From Caedibacter taeniospiralis (GTDB lineage: Bacteria; Pseudomonadota; Gammaproteobacteria; Francisellales; Francisellaceae): 32,000 nucleotides of DNA. The notes under the pieces were generated by a model that did not search any database, was not told the origin of the DNA, and saw only the letters and a program-made list of their open reading frames with translations. The position numbers and the translations under genes were made by a program. Positions 27,354-32,000 of this stretch are shown piece after piece (position 1 is the first letter of the stretch; every line of letters starts with the position of its first letter). The stretch is from contig NZ_PGGB02000002.1 in NCBI RefSeq assembly GCF_002803295.2, positions 5,099-37,098 of the forward strand. The letters run 5' to 3'.

Positions 27354-28403
27354 ATGATAGAAACAGATCGCATTATTTCGGGAAATAAACAAAAAGAAGA
27401 TCAGCAGATTGATCGTGCTATTCGCCCCAAATTACTTCAGGATTATCATGGTCAGCCTGTTGTTAAAGAACAGATGGAAATTTTTATTGAAGCGGCAAAA
27501 AAGCGTAAGGAAGCTTTAGATCATGTACTCATCTTCGGTCCCCCGGGTCTTGGCAAAACAACGCTGTCACATATCATTGCCAATGAAATGAATGTCTCAT
27601 TAAAGCAGACTTCGGGTCCTGTATTAGAAAAAGCAGGTGACTTGGCTGCACTTTTAACCAATCTGGAAGCCAATGATGTGCTTTTTATTGATGAGATACA
27701 TCGCTTAAGTCCTGTGGTGGAGGAAGTGCTTTATCCTGCGATGGAGGATTATCAACTGGATATTATGATCGGTGAAGGGCCTGCGGCGCGTTCAATTAAA
27801 ATTGACTTGCCACCGTTTACGCTTGTGGGGGCAACGACAAGAGCGGGGCTTTTGACCTCTCCCCTTCGGGATCGCTTTGGTATCGTACAACGTTTAGAGT
27901 TTTATTCAGTTGCTGATTTAACGGATATTGTGATGCGCTCAGCCAAGCTCTTGAATGTCAATATTGAGGTCTCAGGCGCCAAAGAAATTGCTAAGCGCGC
28001 GCGCGGAACACCAAGGATTGCCAATCGTTTGCTAAGACGCGTGCGGGATTATGCCGAAGTAAAAGCGCAAGGGGTCGTTGATCATAAGGTTGCGGATAGG
28101 GCGCTTTCTCTTATTAATGTCGATCCTGTTGGCTTTGACCATATGGATAGGCGTTATCTATTAAACTTGATTGATAAATTTTCAGGTGGTCCTGTGGGTT
28201 TAGATACCATTGCTGCATCGATCTCAGAAGAGCGCGGTACCATTGAAGATATGATAGAGCCTTATTTGATTCAACAGGGTTATATTATGCGCACCGCGAG
28301 AGGACGCGTGGCAACACACCATGCGTATCGTCATTTTGATGTGCAAATGCCAGAAAAGCTGGCAGATTATCAGGAGCTATCACCTGATAGCAAGCTTCAA
28401 TAA
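27354..28403 (+). CDS. ruvB: Holliday junction branch migration ATPase RuvB
   Basis: 349 aa. [104 protein letters not shown]. Confidence 0.98.
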   Translation: MIETDRIISGNKQKEDQQIDRAIRPKLLQDYHGQPVVKEQMEIFIEAAKKRKEALDHVLIFGPPGLGKTTLSHIIANEMNVSLKQTSGPVLEKAGDLAALLTNLEANDVLFIDEIHRLSPVVEEVLYPAMEDYQLDIMIGEGPAARSIKIDLPPFTLVGATTRAGLLTSPLRDRFGIVQRLEFYSVADLTDIVMRSAKLLNVNIEVSGAKEIAKRARGTPRIANRLLRRVRDYAEVKAQGVVDHKVADRALSLINVDPVGFDHMDRRYLLNLIDKFSGGPVGLDTIAASISEERGTIEDMIEPYLIQQGYIMRTARGRVATHHAYRHFDVQMPEKLADYQELSPDSKLQ

Positions 28404-28414
28404 AGGGGGGTATT

Positions 28415-29359
28415 TTGGGAATTATTATAGGAATTATTTCAGGTATGCTTTGGGGCTTAAATGATGTTTTAACTAACGTTTACTCCGAACAGGGTTTATT
28501 TAGTAGTGCAACCTTTGCGGTACTGGTCTTTGCCCTGGTGCTATCCTTAATGCAGGATGGTTTTTCGTGTGCTGGAATATATACCTACCATCACGTAAGG
28601 GGCAGCTTCAAAGAGAATCTTGCTAAAACGCGACATAAAAATTTTTGGCCACTTGTTGTTGCCGCTATTTGCGCGGGTCCCTTGGGGATGGTGACAGGAA
28701 TCATGGGCATTGCCTATGCAGGACCTGTTTATGCAGGTGTGGTGACTTCCTGTTATCCAGTGGTTGCATTACTCCTTGCGATGACATTGTTGCGTGAAAA
28801 AGCGACAAAGCTAAAAATACTGGGCATCGTTTTAACCGTTATTGGGGTAATGTTTATTTCGATTACGGGTGTTCGTTCAGGGGCGGAGCATATCGTCATA
28901 GGTTTGATATTTGCCAGTTGCGCGATGCTTGGCTGGGGGGCTGAATCCATTTTGTTTTCTATCGCGCAAAAAACCACAACGCAGGATGTATCCTGGCTTT
29001 TAGCGATTCGCCAAAGTGTCTCGTCTTTAAGTTACCTGGTGATTTTGAGTTTTTTACTGCTATTTGACTATCAACAAACCTGGCAGGTAATAAGCCAGTT
29101 ATTTTTACCTTTGCTCATTGTGGGGTGTGTGTTATCGGCCTCAAGCTCGTATCTTGCGTATTACCATGCCATTAAGCGCATTGGCGCGAGTTTAGGAACG
29201 ACATTTAATGCCAGCTTTATCTTTTGGGCAGGAATCTTTAGTGTGATGTTTAATATTACAGAGGTACAACGGTCGTTTATTCTGTGGAGTATTGTATTGA
29301 TCTTCGGCATTTACTTTGCCTCAAAAGGAAATAAAAATTTCGCTCAGGTGGCTTGTTAG
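28415..29359 (+). CDS. EamA-type drug/metabolite transporter (DMT superfamily)
   Basis: 314 aa with repeated hydrophobic helices. GMLWGLNDVL, GPVYAGVVTSCYPVVALLLAMTLLREKATKLKILGIVLTVIGVMFIS. Confidence 0.82.
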   Translation: MGIIIGIISGMLWGLNDVLTNVYSEQGLFSSATFAVLVFALVLSLMQDGFSCAGIYTYHHVRGSFKENLAKTRHKNFWPLVVAAICAGPLGMVTGIMGIAYAGPVYAGVVTSCYPVVALLLAMTLLREKATKLKILGIVLTVIGVMFISITGVRSGAEHIVIGLIFASCAMLGWGAESILFSIAQKTTTQDVSWLLAIRQSVSSLSYLVILSFLLLFDYQQTWQVISQLFLPLLIVGCVLSASSSYLAYYHAIKRIGASLGTTFNASFIFWAGIFSVMFNITEVQRSFILWSIVLIFGIYFASKGNKNFAQVAC

Positions 29360-29478
29360 GCTGGGCTTTAAAAAGCTATATAAGGTATCTGGCATGAAAG
29401 AGCAGGAAAATTTAATTTTTATCTTAAAGAGGCTTCAGGTATTTATTTACCATGAGAAAGAGATAGCGGAGTGGCAAT

Positions 29479-30327
29479 ATGCAGGCATTAGTTAATTTAC
29501 TTAGACGCAGCAAGATCATTTTAGGAATGATCGCGCTGCTTCTTATCGGGTATGGCATCTATTTCTTTTTTGCCTTTTCCATCACTACAGACAATGCCTA
29601 TGTGATGGCAAATATTCAACCTGTGGCAGCAGAAGTTTCAGGAAAAGTGGATGGCGTGTATGTGCAGAATAATGAATGGGTGAAAAAGGGGGTATTATTA
29701 TTTTCATTGGATGCCAAGGCTTATGAAATAAGGCTTAAACAAGCAAAGCTAAGCTTGGAATCTGTTCAATTACAACTGACAGAGGCTGAAAATATATTAG
29801 CAGCGTTTAAGCAACAGAATATGATAAGGCGCTATGAGCTGCAGCTAGCAGTAGACAAAATGAGGGTAGAACGAGCACAGGCTCAGTTAAGTGTTGAAAT
29901 TGCTCAATCACAATTACAGGCAACTCAAGTCTACGCACAAGCAGATGGTGTCATCAGTAATTTAACGCTTACCAAAGGAGCTTTTGTGCAAGCCTATCAA
30001 CCCCTGTTTGCATTTATTCATACCGATAAGTGGTGGATAGAGGCAAACTTTAAGGAAACAGACTTAGCCAGCATCAAAAAAGGAGATAAGGCAAAGATTC
30101 GTCTGCGCATGTATTTGGGGAAGAAAGCATATATAGGAGTCGTTCAAGATACTAACTGGGCGGTCGGTAGAAGCAAGACGGATACAAACACCTTATTGCA
30201 ACAGGTTCCCCAGGAAAACCAGTGGCTATTATTACCTCAACGTTTTCCTGTGCTTATTGAAATAAAAGATCCTGATCCAAATTTCCCACTACATGTTGGG
30301 GCCAGCGCCTATGTTACGATTGAATAA
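29479..30327 (+). CDS. HlyD/EmrA/AaeA family membrane fusion (periplasmic adaptor) protein
   Basis: 282 aa. Single N-terminal TM, TTDNAYVMANIQPVAAEVSGKVDGVYVQNNEWVKKGVLLFSLD, coiled-coil, WWIEANFKETDLASIKKGDKAKIRL. Confidence 0.92.
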   Translation: MQALVNLLRRSKIILGMIALLLIGYGIYFFFAFSITTDNAYVMANIQPVAAEVSGKVDGVYVQNNEWVKKGVLLFSLDAKAYEIRLKQAKLSLESVQLQLTEAENILAAFKQQNMIRRYELQLAVDKMRVERAQAQLSVEIAQSQLQATQVYAQADGVISNLTLTKGAFVQAYQPLFAFIHTDKWWIEANFKETDLASIKKGDKAKIRLRMYLGKKAYIGVVQDTNWAVGRSKTDTNTLLQQVPQENQWLLLPQRFPVLIEIKDPDPNFPLHVGASAYVTIE

Positions 30328-31318
30328 AAGCAAGAAAAGCGCCTACTATGGTCTCGCACAAGATCCTTATTTGGAGATTGCTTATCATGTAATGGTGAGT
30401 TTGCTGGCATTTTGCATACTCCTACTGGGGTATCTGTTTTTTCAATGGCCTGATTTTCTTATTTTTTTGATCATTAGTGTTTTGCTTATTTTTATCAGCG
30501 CTTTTCCATTGGGGCAATCACGATGGGGACAAATTAAGGCTGTTTTAATGATAAGTGCTGGCTTGTGGATATCCTTTGTTGGCGTTTTTGTTAATGCCGA
30601 GTCAAAGCTCCTGACGATTGCATGGGTTTTCTGCTACAGCTTAGGCTGCTATATCATCAGTCTACGAAACAATAACTTGAGACTATATCTGGGGTTAAGC
30701 ATTGTTTTTCTGCCTATTTACATTCATTTGCTGGCTGATGCAACCCTGCTGTCACCGATAAATAGCAGTGAGTTATTGATCAACTATTCATCTGGATTTG
30801 CCATTTGTGCATTGTATGCGCTGATCGTTGCACTTCTTGCGCCAAGAAGATCAAAAGCTAAAGTATTGCTCGCGATGACAGCGTATATTTATGCGCTAAG
30901 ACGCGTGCTGTTAAGTGAAAACAAACACGAATATCGCGACAATCTTTATGATATGTACAGTCATTTATATTATCTTCGCGAGCAAAGGGATCAATACCAT
31001 CAACGATTTGATCAAGATTTCCTGTTGATGATGAGTTCATATATTGATGTGATATACCAGATTGGGATGACTTACGCTTATGTTTTAAATAATCCTGAGG
31101 TGAAACTACCTTTCTATCAGGCAAGCATATGGATTGATAGGCTTTTAGCTGAGAAAGAGTGGTCTATGCAGGAAGGGTTAATCAAGGAGCAGAAGGATTG
31201 GGCACAGGTTATTGAATCCCCTCTATTAAAGGATGCCTTAACGAAAATTGAGGCATCTGTTGTTAGGCTTGTGCCAATTTATCAGGAAATTAAAAAACTC
31301 AGGAAAAAATATGCTTAG
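30293..31318 (+). CDS. Multi-TM protein, N-terminal FUSC/AaeB-like half of an efflux permease
   Basis: 341 aa. About six hydrophobic helices followed by a soluble helical region. Overlaps the adaptor ORF upstream and the second FUSC-like ORF downstream. Confidence 0.6.
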   Translation: MLGPAPMLRLNKSKKSAYYGLAQDPYLEIAYHVMVSLLAFCILLLGYLFFQWPDFLIFLIISVLLIFISAFPLGQSRWGQIKAVLMISAGLWISFVGVFVNAESKLLTIAWVFCYSLGCYIISLRNNNLRLYLGLSIVFLPIYIHLLADATLLSPINSSELLINYSSGFAICALYALIVALLAPRRSKAKVLLAMTAYIYALRRVLLSENKHEYRDNLYDMYSHLYYLREQRDQYHQRFDQDFLLMMSSYIDVIYQIGMTYAYVLNNPEVKLPFYQASIWIDRLLAEKEWSMQEGLIKEQKDWAQVIESPLLKDALTKIEASVVRLVPIYQEIKKLRKKYA

Positions 31319-31964
31319 TGTAATCGATCGGTTAACGCTTTATCGCGCCGTTAGAATATCATTGATGCTAAGTGCTGCAGTGACACTGTGGCTTGTGGCT
31401 GATATCGAACGCGGTTATTGGATTGCGATGACCTTAATGATTATTTACATGCCATTTGAGCCTGGACTTGTCAATAATCGTATTAAAATGCGCTTACTTG
31501 GTACGCTCGCAGGTTTGTTATTTGGTTTTTTGCTGATTGAATTAATGCGAGCACATCAGTTATGGCTGGCAACTATTCCACTGCTAATTTTATTTGCGTT
31601 GTATTTTTCGATTGTGCATTACATGTATGCGACTGTGTTTATTACCATCGGCGTCATGGTGATGTTTTCGATGCTTGATACAGGAGGGATGTCGCCTGCG
31701 ACTTTTATGCTGGCACGTTTTATTGACACATTCATTGCCTGCGTTTTGTGTTTTATTGCTGAAGTTTTTTTTCGTCCGAAAAAAATGATCGCACATGCCA
31801 TTATAAAGGATCTTGAAGATATATTGACTGCATACGCTAAGCACTTTGATATCATGTATAACGCCTTTATGAACCAGAAGTTTTACCAGATCTCTATTGA
31901 GGAGTCGACAAAATTTAATAACAGCCGCTGCGAGCCATGGAGAGCGGAACGCGAGGGCGAGTAG
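31311..31964 (+). CDS. FUSC family membrane protein (second transmembrane half), probably truncated or altered at its 3' end
   Basis: MLSVIDRLTLYRAVRISLMLSAAVTLWLVADIERGYWIAMTLMIIYMPFEPGLVNNRIKMRLLGTLAGLLFGFLLI...YMYATVFITIGVMVMFSM. The C-terminal residues NNSRCEPWRAEREGE read as unrelated sequence. Confidence 0.65.
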   Translation: MLSVIDRLTLYRAVRISLMLSAAVTLWLVADIERGYWIAMTLMIIYMPFEPGLVNNRIKMRLLGTLAGLLFGFLLIELMRAHQLWLATIPLLILFALYFSIVHYMYATVFITIGVMVMFSMLDTGGMSPATFMLARFIDTFIACVLCFIAEVFFRPKKMIAHAIIKDLEDILTAYAKHFDIMYNAFMNQKFYQISIEESTKFNNSRCEPWRAEREGE

Positions 31965-32000
31965 ACCCGGGTAGCCTTGCGCTGTTGATCAGCAAGCGAC

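Noticed and set aside
1-32000. CRISPR array
   Set aside because: No set of regularly spaced direct repeats with unique spacers was seen on reading; repeats here are isolated palindromic units.

Overview
A mostly chromosomal, AT-leaning window that looks gammaproteobacterial, possibly Legionellales/Coxiellaceae-like (lineage is a weak inference). Housekeeping content, from family-level recognition of the supplied translations: htpG (3' part), a P-II protein, ubiK, comM, a LpxL-like acyltransferase, hemE, NAD-malic enzyme, a sugar porter, a ROK kinase, a manC-type cupin, hslVU, three tRNAs (Gly-Cys-Leu), rsfS, prs, rplY, glyS, mfd, a class II (B12-dependent) ribonucleotide reductase, an outer-membrane-like protein, ruvB, a DMT transporter and a HlyD/FUSC efflux module. 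Accessory content: a YefM/YoeB module, a MazEF-type module, and a BglII-like endonuclease plus MT-A70 methyltransferase pair. The most interesting feature is that this restriction-modification pair sits exactly between the two halves of a split class II ribonucleotide reductase (nrdJa - R - M - nrdJb). All four genes are co-oriented and nearly gap-free. Secondary points: malic enzyme and ROK kinase genes carry frameshifts in the same register on either side of a sugar transporter; an approx. 160-bp element with perfect 16-bp terminal inverted repeats has a related partial copy elsewhere; a 3'-end SDR gene relic lies between mfd and nrdJ; a large stem-loop precedes ruvB; and sequence character changes abruptly in the last 90 bp. 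No database search was possible.
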